A stretch of DNA of 64,000 nucleotides from Trueperaceae bacterium (GTDB lineage Bacteria > Deinococcota > Deinococci > Deinococcales > Trueperaceae), in assembly GCA_034521815.1 (NCBI GenBank), contig JAXHLW010000013.1, positions 64,001-128,000 on the forward strand. The letters are read 5' to 3'. The position numbers and the translations under genes are program-made. Positions 25,610-36,205 of the stretch are shown piece after piece (within the stretch, counting starts at the first letter, position 1; each line of letters starts with the position of its first letter). The notes below the pieces were generated by a model, which did no database searches, was not told the DNA's origin, and worked only from the letters and a program-made list of their open reading frames with translations.

Positions 25610-26422
25610 GTGTCCGGCGTGTTGGCCAAACGGATCATCGCTTGCCTGGACGTGCACGCCGGCCGCGTGACGCGTGGACAGCAGTTCGGTCGGGCCGAGG
25701 CCGGCGAGCTCGCCGACGTCGGCGATCCGGTCGCGCTGGCGCTGCGTTACGACGCGCAGGAAGCGGACGAGCTGGTGCTGTACGACATCACCGCCACGGC
25801 GGAAGGGCGCGACGCCATCCTGGACGTCGCGACCCGCGTGGCCGAGAGCTGCTTCATGCCGCTCACCATCGGTGGAGGCGTCCGAACCTTGAGCGACGTC
25901 CGAGCCCTGTTCCTGGCGGGGGCCGACAAGGTGTCGATCAACTCGGGCGCGGTGGCGGATCCGGAGCTGATCCGCCAGGCGTCGGAGCACTACGGCGCGC
26001 AGGCGGTCGTGCTGTCGATCGACGTCGCGAGGCGCGCGGCCGGTGGCGGCTGGGACGTGTTCGTGGCGGGCGGCCGAAGGTCCACCGGCTGGGACGCGGT
26101 CGAATGGGCCCAGCGGGGCCAGGCGCTGGGCGCGGGCGAGATCGTGCTGAACTCGATCGACGCCGACGGGATGAAGACCGGCTACGACCTAGGGGCCACG
26201 CGGGCCGTGGCTCGCGCGGTCGACGTGCCGGTGGTCGCGTCGGGCGGGGCCGGAAACGCCGATCATATGCGCGAGGTTCTCGAGCTCGGCGAGGCCGACG
26301 CGGCGCTGGCGGCGGGCATCTTCCACCGCGGCGAGACGACCGTCGGCGAGGTCAAGCGGCGCCTGGCGGCCGCCGGCGTGCCGGTGCGACTGGACGAGCT
26401 CGGTCCGGAGCCTGCGAGGTGA
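25610..26422 (+). CDS. hisF: Imidazole glycerol phosphate synthase cyclase subunit
   Basis: [33 protein letters not shown]; start may be 25619. Confidence 0.96.
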   Translation: MSGVLAKRIIACLDVHAGRVTRGQQFGRAEAGELADVGDPVALALRYDAQEADELVLYDITATAEGRDAILDVATRVAESCFMPLTIGGGVRTLSDVRALFLAGADKVSINSGAVADPELIRQASEHYGAQAVVLSIDVARRAAGGGWDVFVAGGRRSTGWDAVEWAQRGQALGAGEIVLNSIDADGMKTGYDLGATRAVARAVDVPVVASGGAGNADHMREVLELGEADAALAAGIFHRGETTVGEVKRRLAAAGVPVRLDELGPEPAR

Positions 26423-27600
26423 GCGGCGACCGGGACGACGCCGAGCTGCGCTTCGAGACGCTGGCCGTGCACGGCGGTCACGCGCCCGATCCCGCCAGCG
26501 GCGCGGTCACGCCGCCGATCCACCCCTCGACCACCTTCGTGCGTGATCCGGGCGGACAGCCCCGCGCCGAGTGGGTCTATACGCGGGCCGAGAACCCGAC
26601 GCGCCACGCCCTGGAGGCGGCGCTCACGGCGCTGCAGCCGGGCGCGGGCGCGTGCGCGGCGTTCGCGTCCGGCTCCGCCGCCGCCTCGGCCGTGCTCCGG
26701 ACGGTCGAGCCGGGTGGCCGCCTGCTGGTGCCGGACGACATGTACCACGGCGTTCGCACGCTGCTCGAAGGGGAGCGCGACCGCTGGGGAGCCGAGGTGG
26801 CGTACGTGGACATGGCCGATCCTGCGGCGCTGAGGCGGGCCCTGGAGCCGGGCGCCTCGCTGGTGTGGGTCGAGACGCCGTCGAATCCTCGCTTGAAGCT
26901 GACCGACCTCCGCGCGGCGGCCGACGCGGCGCACGCCGCGGGGGCGCGCCTGGCGGTGGACGCCACCTGGACGCCGCCGCCGCTGTCCGACCCGTTCGCG
27001 CTGGGGGCGGACGTGGTGATGCACTCGACCACGAAGTACCTGGCGGGGCACAGCGACGTGCTGGGCGGGGCGGTGCTGGCGCGCAGCGAGGACGATCCGA
27101 CGTTCGCGCGGGTCCGCTGGCTGCAGCGCCAGGAGGGGGCCGTGCCCTCGCCGTTCGACGCCTGGCTGACGCTGCGCGGCCTCCGGACGGTGGCGCTTCG
27201 CGTCCAGGCGGCGTGCACCGGTGCCGAGCGGCTCGCGGCGTTCCTGGAGCGGCATCCGGCCGTGATCGAGGTGCGCTACCCGGGGCTGCCGTCGCACCCG
27301 CAGCACCGGTTGGCTCGCGAGCAGATGACCCGCCCCGGCGCGATGCTGTCGTTCCGCGTCCGCGGCGGCGCCCAGGCGGCCGACCGCGTGGCGTCGGGCA
27401 CGCGGCTGTTCGCGCGCGCCACCAGCCTGGGCGGCGTCGAGAGCCTGATCGAGCACCGCGCCCCGGTCGAGGGCCCGGACACGCCCACGCCTCCCGACCT
27501 GCTACGCGTCTCGGTCGGTATCGAGCACGCGGACGACCTGATCGCCGATCTGGAGCGGGCGCTCGCCCGTGCGGACCTGGCCCGTGCGGACCTGGGTTAG
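26419..27600 (+). CDS. Cystathionine gamma-synthase/lyase family PLP enzyme (canonical type)
   Basis: [41 protein letters not shown] overlaps the hisF stop. Confidence 0.9.
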   Translation: MSGDRDDAELRFETLAVHGGHAPDPASGAVTPPIHPSTTFVRDPGGQPRAEWVYTRAENPTRHALEAALTALQPGAGACAAFASGSAAASAVLRTVEPGGRLLVPDDMYHGVRTLLEGERDRWGAEVAYVDMADPAALRRALEPGASLVWVETPSNPRLKLTDLRAAADAAHAAGARLAVDATWTPPPLSDPFALGADVVMHSTTKYLAGHSDVLGGAVLARSEDDPTFARVRWLQRQEGAVPSPFDAWLTLRGLRTVALRVQAACTGAERLAAFLERHPAVIEVRYPGLPSHPQHRLAREQMTRPGAMLSFRVRGGAQAADRVASGTRLFARATSLGGVESLIEHRAPVEGPDTPTPPDLLRVSVGIEHADDLIADLERALARADLARADLG

Positions 27601-27639
27601 GGCGGCCGCTCTCCAGGATGGGCAGGTAGACTCGCGGGC

Positions 27640-28296
27640 ATGACGAAACCCCGTGCCGCGTTCGGCATCGACGACGTCGTCTTCGGCGAGACCGGTCTCG
27701 TTCCGGTCGTGACGCAGGACGCCGCCTCCGGCGAGGTGCTCATGCTGGCGTGGGCCGACCTCGAGGCGCTCGAGGCGACGCTCGCGAGCGGCGACGCTCA
27801 TTACCACAGCCGCTCGCGCGACGAGCTCTGGCGCAAGGGCGCCACCAGCGGCCACGTGCAGCGCGTGGTCGAGGTGGTGCTGGACTGCGACGGCGACGCC
27901 GTGCTCTACCAGGTCCGCCAGACCGGGCCGGCCTGCCACACCGGTGAGCGCAGCTGCTTCCACCGCCCGATCGTCGAGGCCGAGGCGGGGGTGCCCGCGT
28001 CCGCGTTCGGCCTGCTGCAGCGGGTGGTCGACCAGCGCCTCGCCGAGCTTCCCGAAGGGTCGTACGTCGCGAAGCTCCATGCGCGCGGCCTCGGCTACGT
28101 CGCGCAGAAGGTGGTCGAGGAGTCGGGCGAGACGATCGTCGCGGCCCTCGAGGGCGACCTGGACGGCATGCGGAACGAGGCGGCCGACCTGCTGTTCCAC
28201 CTCACCGTGCTGCTGCGCGAGCGCGGCGTCGGCCTCGACGAGGTGGCCGAGACGCTGATCGCCCGGCATCGCGGTCGGAACGACGCCGAAGGCTGA
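27640..28296 (+). CDS. hisIE: Bifunctional phosphoribosyl-AMP cyclohydrolase / phosphoribosyl-ATP pyrophosphatase
   Basis: [40 protein letters not shown]. Confidence 0.95.
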   Translation: MTKPRAAFGIDDVVFGETGLVPVVTQDAASGEVLMLAWADLEALEATLASGDAHYHSRSRDELWRKGATSGHVQRVVEVVLDCDGDAVLYQVRQTGPACHTGERSCFHRPIVEAEAGVPASAFGLLQRVVDQRLAELPEGSYVAKLHARGLGYVAQKVVEESGETIVAALEGDLDGMRNEAADLLFHLTVLLRERGVGLDEVAETLIARHRGRNDAEG

Positions 28297-28405
28297 GCTC
28301 GGGAACCGAGGCCAGGCCGGGCGGGACGTCGCCGACAGGACCGAACGGATCGCACGGTGTGCGTACAACACCGGCCAGCTCGCGTCCGCGGGTCACAGTG
28401 GACGC

Positions 28406-29416
28406 ATGAACGACATGACGCACCCCGCAGCCGACGCGACCGCCCTCGAACGCGCCCTCGTCCTCGACACGGTCCGGGTGACCGAACAGGCCGCCATCGC
28501 TGCCGGCCGCGTCGCCGGGATGGGGGACGAGGACATCGTCGACGTCGCCGGTACCGAGACGATGCGCCGCGTGCTGAACGAGCTCGAGATCGACGGCAAG
28601 ATCGTCATCGGCGAAGGGGAGCGCGACCACGCGCCGATGCTCTACATCGGCGAGCGGGTGGGGCGCGCCGGCGAGGGCGCCTGGGCGGTGGACATCGCCG
28701 TCGATCCGGTGGAGGGCACCGGCATCACCGCTCGCATGGTGAACGGCTCGGTGGCGGTGATCGCGATCTCGGAGCGGGGCGGTCTGCTGCACGCGCCCGA
28801 CGTGTACATGGACAAGCTCATCGTCGGCCCACCGGCGGTCGGGATGGTGGATCTCGACTGGCCGGTGGCCGCGAACCTGCAAGCGATCGCCTCCAGCCTG
28901 GACCGGAGCGTCCGCGACCTGACGGTGGTGATCCTGGACAGGCCCCGGCACGAGGAGCTCCTGGCCAAGGTCCGGGAGACGGGCGCACGCGTGAAGCTGA
29001 TCGGGGACGGCGACGTCATCGCCGCGCTGTCGGCGACGGTGCGGGGCACGAACATCCACGCGGTGATGGGCACGGGTGGCGCGCCCGAGGGCGTGCTGGC
29101 CGCGGCCGCGCTGCGATGCCTGGGAGGGGAGATCGTGGGCCGGTTCGTGCCCAGGGACCAGGCCGAGCGCGACCGGCTGGACGCGGCCGGGATCGAGCAC
29201 GGACGCTCGTACCGCACCACCGACCTGGCGCCGGGGTCGCAGATCGTGTTCAGCGCCACCGGCATCACCGACGGCGACCTGCTCAGGGGCGTCAAGTTCT
29301 TCGGCTCCGGTGCACGGACCCACACCGTCTCGATGGGCCTTCGCTCGCGCGTGATCCGCTTCTCCGACGCGGTCCACCTGCTGGGCGAGGACGCGCGCGT
29401 CCACATCCAGGTCTGA
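28406..29416 (+). CDS. glpX: Fructose-1,6-bisphosphatase class II
   Basis: [47 protein letters not shown]. Confidence 0.95.
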   Translation: MNDMTHPAADATALERALVLDTVRVTEQAAIAAGRVAGMGDEDIVDVAGTETMRRVLNELEIDGKIVIGEGERDHAPMLYIGERVGRAGEGAWAVDIAVDPVEGTGITARMVNGSVAVIAISERGGLLHAPDVYMDKLIVGPPAVGMVDLDWPVAANLQAIASSLDRSVRDLTVVILDRPRHEELLAKVRETGARVKLIGDGDVIAALSATVRGTNIHAVMGTGGAPEGVLAAAALRCLGGEIVGRFVPRDQAERDRLDAAGIEHGRSYRTTDLAPGSQIVFSATGITDGDLLRGVKFFGSGARTHTVSMGLRSRVIRFSDAVHLLGEDARVHIQV

Positions 29417-29422
29417 GCTGGC

Positions 29423-29453
29423 CGGCCCGCGCCCGGTCAGCGGGCGCGGGCCG
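29423..29453. terminator. 13-bp hairpin between convergent glpX and eutD-like genes
   Basis: CGGCCCGCGCCCG-GTCAG-CGGGCGCGGGCCG. Confidence 0.6.
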
Positions 29454-29454
29454 C

Positions 29455-30618
29455 TCAGCGCACGAACAGCTCGCGCGGGAAGTCGGTGATGCGCTCGGCG
29501 CCCTCCGCGGTGACGCGGATGGTCTCGGTGCAGCCGATCCCGCCCTTGCCCGGCATCTGCACCCAGGGGAGCAGGTGGAAGGTCATGTTCTCCTGCAGGG
29601 GCCGGGTCTCGCCCGGTTTCATGCTGAGGATGTGGCCCTCGCCCCAGTCGGGCGGCACGGCGATCCCGACGGAGTAGGCGACACGGGACGCCTGGGTCCC
29701 GCCGAACCCGCTCTGCGCGATCACCTGGCGGGCGACGCGGTCGATCTCGCCGGCCGGCACGCCCGGGCGGATCGCGGCCAGCGCGGCGTCGAACGCCGCC
29801 TGGACGGCGTCGAAGGCGTGCACGGCGTCGTCGTCGGGTTCGCCGACCACCACGGTACGCATCATCGGAGCGTGGTAGCGGCTGCGACAGCCGGACACCT
29901 CCAGGAACACCGTGTCGTGCGCACGCACCACGCGCCCCGCCCAGGTGGCGTGACCGATCGCGCCGCGCTCGCCGCTGGCGACGAACGGCACGATCGACGG
30001 CCAGTGGCTGCCGGCGCGCACCATCGCGCCCATCAGCTCGGCGGCGATCTCGTTCTCGCTGACGCCGGCGCGCACGGCGTCGATCCCTGCGGCCATGCCC
30101 GCCTCGGTGGTTCGCGCAGCGGCGGCGATGCGGTCGATCTCGCGCTGCGTCTTGACCACGCGGCCTTCCTCGACCAGGCCGGAGGCGTCGACCCAGTCGA
30201 CCTCCGGGAGGAGCGAGAACAGCCGGTCCTGCTGCGCCGCCGTGAAGAACCAGCCGTCGCGCTCGAACCCGATCCGGCCGCGGTCGAAGCCCATGTGGGT
30301 CAGCGTGCCGACGAGGACCTCCATCGGGTCCTGGTCGTCGCGGTAGCCGACGTTGTGCTCCGGCTCGATCCAGCTGAGGGCGGTCATGCCGCTGATCTCG
30401 AGCAGGCGCGAGACGGTGGTCGGCTCGCCGATGAGCGACACGACCATGCCCTGCCACCAGTAGTGGCCCGGACTCTCGAACCCGGTGAGGTAGGTGACGT
30501 TCTCGGGCGTGGTGGTCAGCATCGCGACCAGGCCCCAGTCGTCCATGCGGGCGCGCAGCCCGTCGAGCCGGCTCTGGTACTCGTCCACGGGGAAGGGCAG
30601 CTGGTCGTGGTCTCGCAA
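29455..30618 (-). CDS. M24B-fold ectoine hydrolase-like protein (EutD/DoeA homologue, divergent)
   Basis: LPF..EY..RL N-terminus, FLEVSGC..RYHAP..RT, YSVGI..PPDWGE, MTFHLLP, FPRELFV; TTG start 30618 behind GGGAGG; adjacent to ehu/eut genes. Confidence 0.8.
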   Translation of the reverse strand: MRDHDQLPFPVDEYQSRLDGLRARMDDWGLVAMLTTTPENVTYLTGFESPGHYWWQGMVVSLIGEPTTVSRLLEISGMTALSWIEPEHNVGYRDDQDPMEVLVGTLTHMGFDRGRIGFERDGWFFTAAQQDRLFSLLPEVDWVDASGLVEEGRVVKTQREIDRIAAAARTTEAGMAAGIDAVRAGVSENEIAAELMGAMVRAGSHWPSIVPFVASGERGAIGHATWAGRVVRAHDTVFLEVSGCRSRYHAPMMRTVVVGEPDDDAVHAFDAVQAAFDAALAAIRPGVPAGEIDRVARQVIAQSGFGGTQASRVAYSVGIAVPPDWGEGHILSMKPGETRPLQENMTFHLLPWVQMPGKGGIGCTETIRVTAEGAERITDFPRELFVR

Positions 30619-30685
30619 GGCGACCTCCCGGTCGGCGCGTCCGCGAGGGACGAAAGCGGTGCCTGGCTCGGGTCCCCGGCGCCGC

Positions 30686-30714
30686 TTGACAACGGCGGGG
30701 CGAGCCCCTAGACT
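30686..30714 (+). promoter_or_regulatory. Sigma70-type promoter of the gntR-lyase-hom-aldh-ehu-eut operon
   Basis: TTGACA 30686-30691, 17-nt spacer, TAGACT 30709-30714. Confidence 0.8.
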
Positions 30715-30730
30715 TTCCAACGAAAGCGAC

Positions 30731-30740
30731 CTGTATACAA
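30731..30740. promoter_or_regulatory. Candidate GntR/FadR-family operator
   Basis: Palindrome cTGTATACAa just downstream of the -10 box, in the divergent intergenic region upstream of a GntR gene. Confidence 0.65.
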
Positions 30741-30871
30741 CCTGCGTACGAGTGGGATTCTACGGCCGGCCCGCCGCCGCGGTCAATCCTCACGAGGAGA
30801 CCGGCCCCAACGACCCGCCCTAGCCCGGACCCGCCCAGCGCGCGCCGAGCCGCGCCCGGAAAGGGGACACC

Positions 30872-31591
30872 GTGTCCGAAGGACGCGACATCCAGACCAT
30901 CTACGCCAAGCTGCGCGAGCGCATCTCGCTGCTCGACTACCCGCCCGGAACGGCGCTCAGCGAGAACCGGCTCGCGGCCGAGTTCGGCGTCAGCCGCACG
31001 CCCATCCGCCAGGTCCTGCACCGCCTCGAGTTCGACGGCCTCGTCACCATTCGCCGCGGGGTGGGCAGCCTGGTCACGTCGATCGACGTGCGTTACCTCA
31101 AGCAGGTCTACGACCTGCGCGTGAAGCTGATCGACGTCATCGCCGACCTCGACCCGGCCGCCATCGACCAGCGCGACATCGCTCGGATCGACGCGTTGCG
31201 CGACGAGGTGCGCGCGCTCCGCGGCCGCCGCGACCCTCGCACCCTCGCCCTGGCCTACCTCGAGTTCAACCGGGCGGTCACCCGGGCGATCGGCAACGAG
31301 CCGCTGCGCGAGATCGCCGACCGCCTCTACCACCAGACCTCGCGCCTGTGGATCGACGCCCTGCCGGCCCTGACCTGGGTGCACGAAGTCGACGCCGTCG
31401 AGCAGGAGATCGACGACACCGTGCGCGCCCTGCGCGCCGGCGACATGCGTGCGGTGGCCGAGGTCCGCAAGCGCCACATGATCGACTGCATCGCCCGCGT
31501 CGGCGCCTACCTCGGCCGGTTCGACGCCATCGCAGGCGCCCCTTACACGCACCGCACGCCCCTGTCCCCGTCCGAAGGAGGACCCTCATGA
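30872..31591 (+). CDS. GntR family transcriptional regulator (FadR/FCD type)
   Basis: wHTH: YPPGT.LSE..LA.EFGVSRTPIR..L..L..DGLV; helical C-terminal domain; no aminotransferase domain. Confidence 0.92.
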   Translation: MSEGRDIQTIYAKLRERISLLDYPPGTALSENRLAAEFGVSRTPIRQVLHRLEFDGLVTIRRGVGSLVTSIDVRYLKQVYDLRVKLIDVIADLDPAAIDQRDIARIDALRDEVRALRGRRDPRTLALAYLEFNRAVTRAIGNEPLREIADRLYHQTSRLWIDALPALTWVHEVDAVEQEIDDTVRALRAGDMRAVAEVRKRHMIDCIARVGAYLGRFDAIAGAPYTHRTPLSPSEGGPS

Positions 31592-32787
31592 ACGACAACG
31601 CCCCGAAGCAGAGCACCCTCACCGTCTGGGCCGGCGAGGAGGGCGTCCGCATCGCCGGCGCGACCCAGATCCCGGTCGTGCACAGCGTCTCGTTCGGCTA
31701 CGACGACCTCGACCACTGGCGCGACGTCGCCCTCGGCGACGCCGACGGCCACATCTACGGCCGCAACACCAACCCCACCACGGCGGTGTTCGAGGAGAAG
31801 ATCCGCATTCTCGAGGACGCCGAGGCGGCCACCAGCTTCGCGACCGGCATGGCCGCCATCTCGAACACCCTCTACACCCTGCTCGCCCCCGGCGATCGCG
31901 TGGTGACGGTCAAGGACACCTACGGCGGCACGAACCGCGTGTTCCTCGACTGGCTCCCCCGCATCGGCGTCGACGTCGCGATGTGCGACACGCACGACGA
32001 GGAGGCGATCCTGGCCGCCATCGACGAGGGGCTGGCGCTCCTCTACCTCGAGACGCCCACCAACCCGACCTGCAAGATCCTCGACATCGAGAAGCTCGCC
32101 GCGCGCGCCAAGGCGAAGGGCGCGACGGTGGTCGTGGACAACACCTTCGCCACGCCCATCAACCAGTCGCCGCTCGCGCTCGGCGCCGACCTGGTGGTGC
32201 ACAGCGCCACGAAGTACCTCGGCGGTCACGCCGACGCGCTGGGCGGCGCCCTGTGCGGCAGCGAGGAGCTGGTGCGGCGCGTGTTCGGCTACCGCGAGAT
32301 CAACGGCGCCACCCTCCATCCAGAGGCCGCCTACCTGCTGATTCGCGGCATGAAGACGCTCCAGCTGCGCATCGAGCGCCAGAACGCCAGCGCCGCGCGG
32401 ATCGCCTCGTTCCTCGAGGCGCATCCGGCCGTCGAGCGGGTGTTCCACCCCTCGCTCGCCAGCCATCCGAACCACGACGTCGCGGCCCGGCAGATGCGAG
32501 GCTTCGGGGGGATGCTGTCGTTCGCGCTGGTCGGCGGGTTCGACGCCGTGCGAACCTTCCTGCCCAAGCTCCGCTTCGCCCACCGCGCCGCCAACCTCGG
32601 CGCCGTCGAGACGGTCGTGGCGCCGCCCCGCACCGGCAGCCACGTCGAGCTGACCGAGGCCGAGCGGGCCGCGCTGGGCATCCCCGAGGCGCTGGTGCGC
32701 TACTCGACCGGGATCGAAGACGTCGGCGACCTCGAGGCCGACCTCGAGCAGGCGCTCGAGGGCGTGACTGCAGGACGCACGGAATGA
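31588..32787 (+). CDS. Cys/Met-metabolism PLP-dependent gamma-lyase family protein (non-canonical subgroup)
   Basis: IYGRNTNPT, GMAAIS, ETPTNP, DNTFATP, HSATKYLGGH, AANLGAVET; AGGAGG RBS, ATGA overlap with gntR. Confidence 0.9.
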   Translation: MNDNAPKQSTLTVWAGEEGVRIAGATQIPVVHSVSFGYDDLDHWRDVALGDADGHIYGRNTNPTTAVFEEKIRILEDAEAATSFATGMAAISNTLYTLLAPGDRVVTVKDTYGGTNRVFLDWLPRIGVDVAMCDTHDEEAILAAIDEGLALLYLETPTNPTCKILDIEKLAARAKAKGATVVVDNTFATPINQSPLALGADLVVHSATKYLGGHADALGGALCGSEELVRRVFGYREINGATLHPEAAYLLIRGMKTLQLRIERQNASAARIASFLEAHPAVERVFHPSLASHPNHDVAARQMRGFGGMLSFALVGGFDAVRTFLPKLRFAHRAANLGAVETVVAPPRTGSHVELTEAERAALGIPEALVRYSTGIEDVGDLEADLEQALEGVTAGRTE

Positions 32788-33827
32788 GCGCGCTCCGCCT
32801 CGCGCTGATCGGCTTCGGGACCGTCGGCCAGGGGCTCGCGCGGATCCTGGCCGACCGCGGCGCGGACCTGCGCGAGCGCTACGGCCTGGACGTCCGCATC
32901 ACCGCCGTCGCCGACCTGCGGTGCGGCAGCGTGCACGCCGCCGACGGCCTGGACCCGGCGCGGCTGCTGGCGGCCGCGGGGGCGGACGGCACGTTCGATG
33001 CGGTCGACGCCGAGGATCGCGGCTGGGACGCCCTGACCACCATCCGCGAGGCGCAGGCCGACGTGGTCGCCGAGCTGGCGTTCACCGACCTGGCCACCGG
33101 CGAGCCGGCGCTGACGCACGTCCGCACCGCGCTGGAGCACGGCCGCCACGTGATCACCACCAACAAGGGACCGGTCGCGCTGGCGTGGCCGGAGCTGGCG
33201 GCGACCGCACGCCGGCGCGGCGTGCGCCTCGAAGCCGAGGGGACCGTGATGAGCGGCACGCCCGCCCTGCACCTCGGGGCCGAGCTGCTCGCCGGCGCCG
33301 GGGTGACGCGGATCGAAGGGATCCTCAACGGCACCACCAACTACGTCCTCACCCGCATGGAGGCCGGCGCCGACTTCGGCGAGGCGCTCGCCGAGGCGCA
33401 GGCCGAGGGCTACGCCGAGGCGGACCCCAGCGGCGACGTCGAGGGGATCGACGCCGCCGGCAAGGTGGTGATCCTGGCGAACCGGGTGATGGGCGCCGAG
33501 CTGACGATGGCCGACGTCGCCCGCGAGGGCATCGCCGGTCTGACCCGCGCGGACGTCGAGGCGGCCGCCGCCGCCGGCGAGCGCTGGAAGCTGATCGGGC
33601 GCGTCGAGCGGGACGGCCAGACGGTCCGCGCCTCCGTAGCGCCGCGGCGCGTTCCGGCCACGCACCCGCTGGCTTCGGTGGGCGGCGCGACCAACGCGGT
33701 GACGTACACCACCGAGCTGCTGGGCGACGTGACCCTGATCGGTCCCGGTGCCGGCAAGCTCGCCACCGGCTACGCCCTGATCGCCGACCTGTTGGCGATC
33801 CATCGCGCCACGGGAGGTGCGGCGTGA
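32784..33827 (+). CDS. hom: Homoserine dehydrogenase, short form without ACT domain
   Basis: IGFGTVG, HVITTNKGP, EGTVMSGTP, GILNGTTNY, GYAEADPSGDVEG.D, GPGAG. Confidence 0.93.
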   Translation: MSALRLALIGFGTVGQGLARILADRGADLRERYGLDVRITAVADLRCGSVHAADGLDPARLLAAAGADGTFDAVDAEDRGWDALTTIREAQADVVAELAFTDLATGEPALTHVRTALEHGRHVITTNKGPVALAWPELAATARRRGVRLEAEGTVMSGTPALHLGAELLAGAGVTRIEGILNGTTNYVLTRMEAGADFGEALAEAQAEGYAEADPSGDVEGIDAAGKVVILANRVMGAELTMADVAREGIAGLTRADVEAAAAAGERWKLIGRVERDGQTVRASVAPRRVPATHPLASVGGATNAVTYTTELLGDVTLIGPGAGKLATGYALIADLLAIHRATGGAA

Positions 33828-35248
33828 AGATGCTGCTCGAAGGACGCTGGGTCGATCGCGAGGCCCGCACCGAGATCCTCGACCCCGAAAGCGGCGCCAC
33901 CGTCGATACCGTGCCGCGCGCGGACGCCGCCGACGCCGAGCGTGCGCTGGCGCACGCCGAGAAGGCCGCCGAGACCGCGCGGCGCTGGCCGATCCACGAG
34001 CGCATGCGTGTGCTGAGCGGCGCCGCACGGCTGCTGGACGAGCGCCGCGAGACGTTCGCCGAACGGATCGCCCGCGAAGGCATCAAGACCATCCGCGAGG
34101 CGAGACGCGAGGCGGCCCGCTGCGCCGACACGCTCCGGCTGGGCGCCGAGGAGGCGCGCCGGCTGCACGGCGAGACGGTGCCGTTCGACCAGGCGCCCGG
34201 CTCGGAGCGGCGGGTCGGCGCCTGGCGACCCGAGCCGGTCGGCATCGTGGTGGCGATCACGCCGTACAACGACCCGCTGAACCTGGTGGCGCACAAGCTC
34301 GCCCCGGCGCTCGCCGCCGGCAACGCGGTGATCCTCAAGCCGGACAGCCGCACCCCCCTGTCCGCCCTGGCGCTGGTGGAGGCGCTGCTCGAGGCGGGAC
34401 TCCCGGAGGAGATCGTGCAGGTGCTGACCGGACCCGGCAGCGAGGTCGGCGCCGCGCTGGTCCGCGACCCGCGTCCGCGGACGGTGTCGTTCACCGGCGG
34501 CAAGGTCACCGGCGAGCGGATCGCCCGCGAGGCCGGCCTCAAGAAGCTGTCGATGGAGCTCGGCTCGAACGCCCCCGCCATCGTGCTGCCCGACGCCGAC
34601 CTGGACGCCGCCGTCGCGGCCTGCGTCGCCGGCGCCTACGCCGCGGCGGGGCAGAACTGTCTGCACGTGCAGCGCCTGCTGCTGCACCGCGACATCGCCG
34701 ACGCCTTCACCGAGGCGTTCGTGGCCGGTGCCCGCGGCGTCTCCACCGGCCCCAAGCTCGACGAGGCGACGGACATGGGACCGATGATCGACGAGCAAGC
34801 CGCGCTGCGGGTGGAATCGATGGTCCAGGACGCCCAGGCCGCGGGGGCGACGGTGCTGACCGGCGGGGGGCGCAGCGGTACCGTTCTGGCGCCGACGGTG
34901 GTCGCCGGCGTGCCGCTTGGTCACCCGCTGGACGTGGACGAGGTCTACGGACCTGTTACGGTCGTACGAACGTTCGAGGATTCGTCGGAAGCGGTCGCAC
35001 GCGCGAACGCGGTCGACTTCGGTCTTCAGGCGGGTCTGTTCACCCGCGACCTCGACGCGGCCTTCCACATCGCGGACGGCTTGCGCTACGGCGGGGTCGT
35101 GGTCAACGATAGCAGCGACTATCGGATCGACGCGATGCCGTTCGGCGGCGTGAAGGGCTCCGGCCTGGGACGTGAAGGCGTCCGCTACGCCATGGAGGCG
35201 ATGACCGAGCCCAAGCTCGTCTGTTTCGCGTTGTCGTCACGCAGCTAG
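33824..35248 (+). CDS. NAD(P)-dependent aldehyde dehydrogenase (candidate non-phosphorylating aspartate-semialdehyde dehydrogenase)
   Basis: ITPYNDP, SFTGG, MELGSN, catalytic [24 protein letters not shown]. Confidence 0.92.
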   Translation: MKMLLEGRWVDREARTEILDPESGATVDTVPRADAADAERALAHAEKAAETARRWPIHERMRVLSGAARLLDERRETFAERIAREGIKTIREARREAARCADTLRLGAEEARRLHGETVPFDQAPGSERRVGAWRPEPVGIVVAITPYNDPLNLVAHKLAPALAAGNAVILKPDSRTPLSALALVEALLEAGLPEEIVQVLTGPGSEVGAALVRDPRPRTVSFTGGKVTGERIAREAGLKKLSMELGSNAPAIVLPDADLDAAVAACVAGAYAAAGQNCLHVQRLLLHRDIADAFTEAFVAGARGVSTGPKLDEATDMGPMIDEQAALRVESMVQDAQAAGATVLTGGGRSGTVLAPTVVAGVPLGHPLDVDEVYGPVTVVRTFEDSSEAVARANAVDFGLQAGLFTRDLDAAFHIADGLRYGGVVVNDSSDYRIDAMPFGGVKGSGLGREGVRYAMEAMTEPKLVCFALSSRS

Positions 35249-35318
35249 CACCCCGTCAAGGCCTGCCTACGCGGCCGTCCGCGGCCGACGTGGCGCGCGG
35301 CAGGAAACGAGGAGGAAC

Positions 35319-36143
35319 GTGACCCAACCGACCGTGGAACCCGAAGGAGGCGCGTCGCCCGCCGACGCCTCGTCCCCTCCGATGATCCGCTTCGAGAAGG
35401 TCCGCAAGGCCTTCGGCGATCTCGTCGTGCTGGACGACCTCGACTTCGAGGCCGCCGAGAACGAGAAGGTCGCCATCATCGGTCCGAGCGGGTCGGGCAA
35501 GACCACCATCCTCCGCGTGCTGATGACGTTGGTCAAGCCGGACGGCGGCAAGGTCTTCGTCGACGACCGCCCGCTGTGGCACCAGGAAGTGAACGGCCGC
35601 GTCGTGCCGGCCGGCGAGAAGCACCTGCACGAGGTGCGCGGCGACATCGGGATGGTGTTCCAGCACTTCAACCTGTTCCCGAACATGAGCGTGCTGCGCA
35701 ACGTCACCGAGGCGCCCATCCACGTGCGTGGCATCGCGCGCCAGGAGGCCGAGGAGCGCGGCATGGAGCTGCTCGACATGGTCGGCCTGTCCGACAAGGC
35801 CAAGGCCTTCCCGGTCCAGCTTTCCGGCGGTCAGAAGCAGCGCGTCGCCATCGCCCGCGCCCTTGCGATGGAGCCGAAGGTGATGCTGTTCGACGAGGTC
35901 ACCAGCGCGCTGGACCCCGAGCTCGTCGGCGAGGTGCTGGCGATCCTGCGCAAGCTCGCCGAAGAGACGCAGATGACGATGTTGATCGTCACGCACGAGA
36001 TGGGCTTCGCCCGAGACGTCGCCGACCGGGTGATCTTCTTCGACGCCGGCCAGGTCGCCGAAGAGGGACCGCCCGAGAGGATCTTCAGCAAGCCGGAGAA
36101 CCCGCGGACCCAGGAGTTCCTGAGCGCCGTGCTGACGCACTGA
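35319..36143 (+). CDS. ehuA: Ectoine/hydroxyectoine ABC transporter ATP-binding protein
   Basis: Polar amino acid ABC ATPase ([26 protein letters not shown]) with the EhuA-like LWH...VPA.EKHL insert; gene context. Confidence 0.85.
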   Translation: MTQPTVEPEGGASPADASSPPMIRFEKVRKAFGDLVVLDDLDFEAAENEKVAIIGPSGSGKTTILRVLMTLVKPDGGKVFVDDRPLWHQEVNGRVVPAGEKHLHEVRGDIGMVFQHFNLFPNMSVLRNVTEAPIHVRGIARQEAEERGMELLDMVGLSDKAKAFPVQLSGGQKQRVAIARALAMEPKVMLFDEVTSALDPELVGEVLAILRKLAEETQMTMLIVTHEMGFARDVADRVIFFDAGQVAEEGPPERIFSKPENPRTQEFLSAVLTH

Positions 36144-36145
36144 CG

Positions 36146-36205
36146 ACGAACCACGCACCGACGCACCACGCACCGACGAATCACGAACCGACGGACCACG
36201 CAGCG
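36146..36205 (+). repeat. 4 x 15-bp degenerate tandem repeat (ACGAACCACGCACCG)
   Basis: Units start at 36146, 36161, 36176 and 36191, directly after the ehuA stop. Confidence 0.85.

Noticed and set aside
36146-36205. Short repeats here and at 54460-54525 as possible CRISPR arrays
   Set aside because: Units are 14-15 bp and directly abut with no unique spacers; no cas genes in the window.
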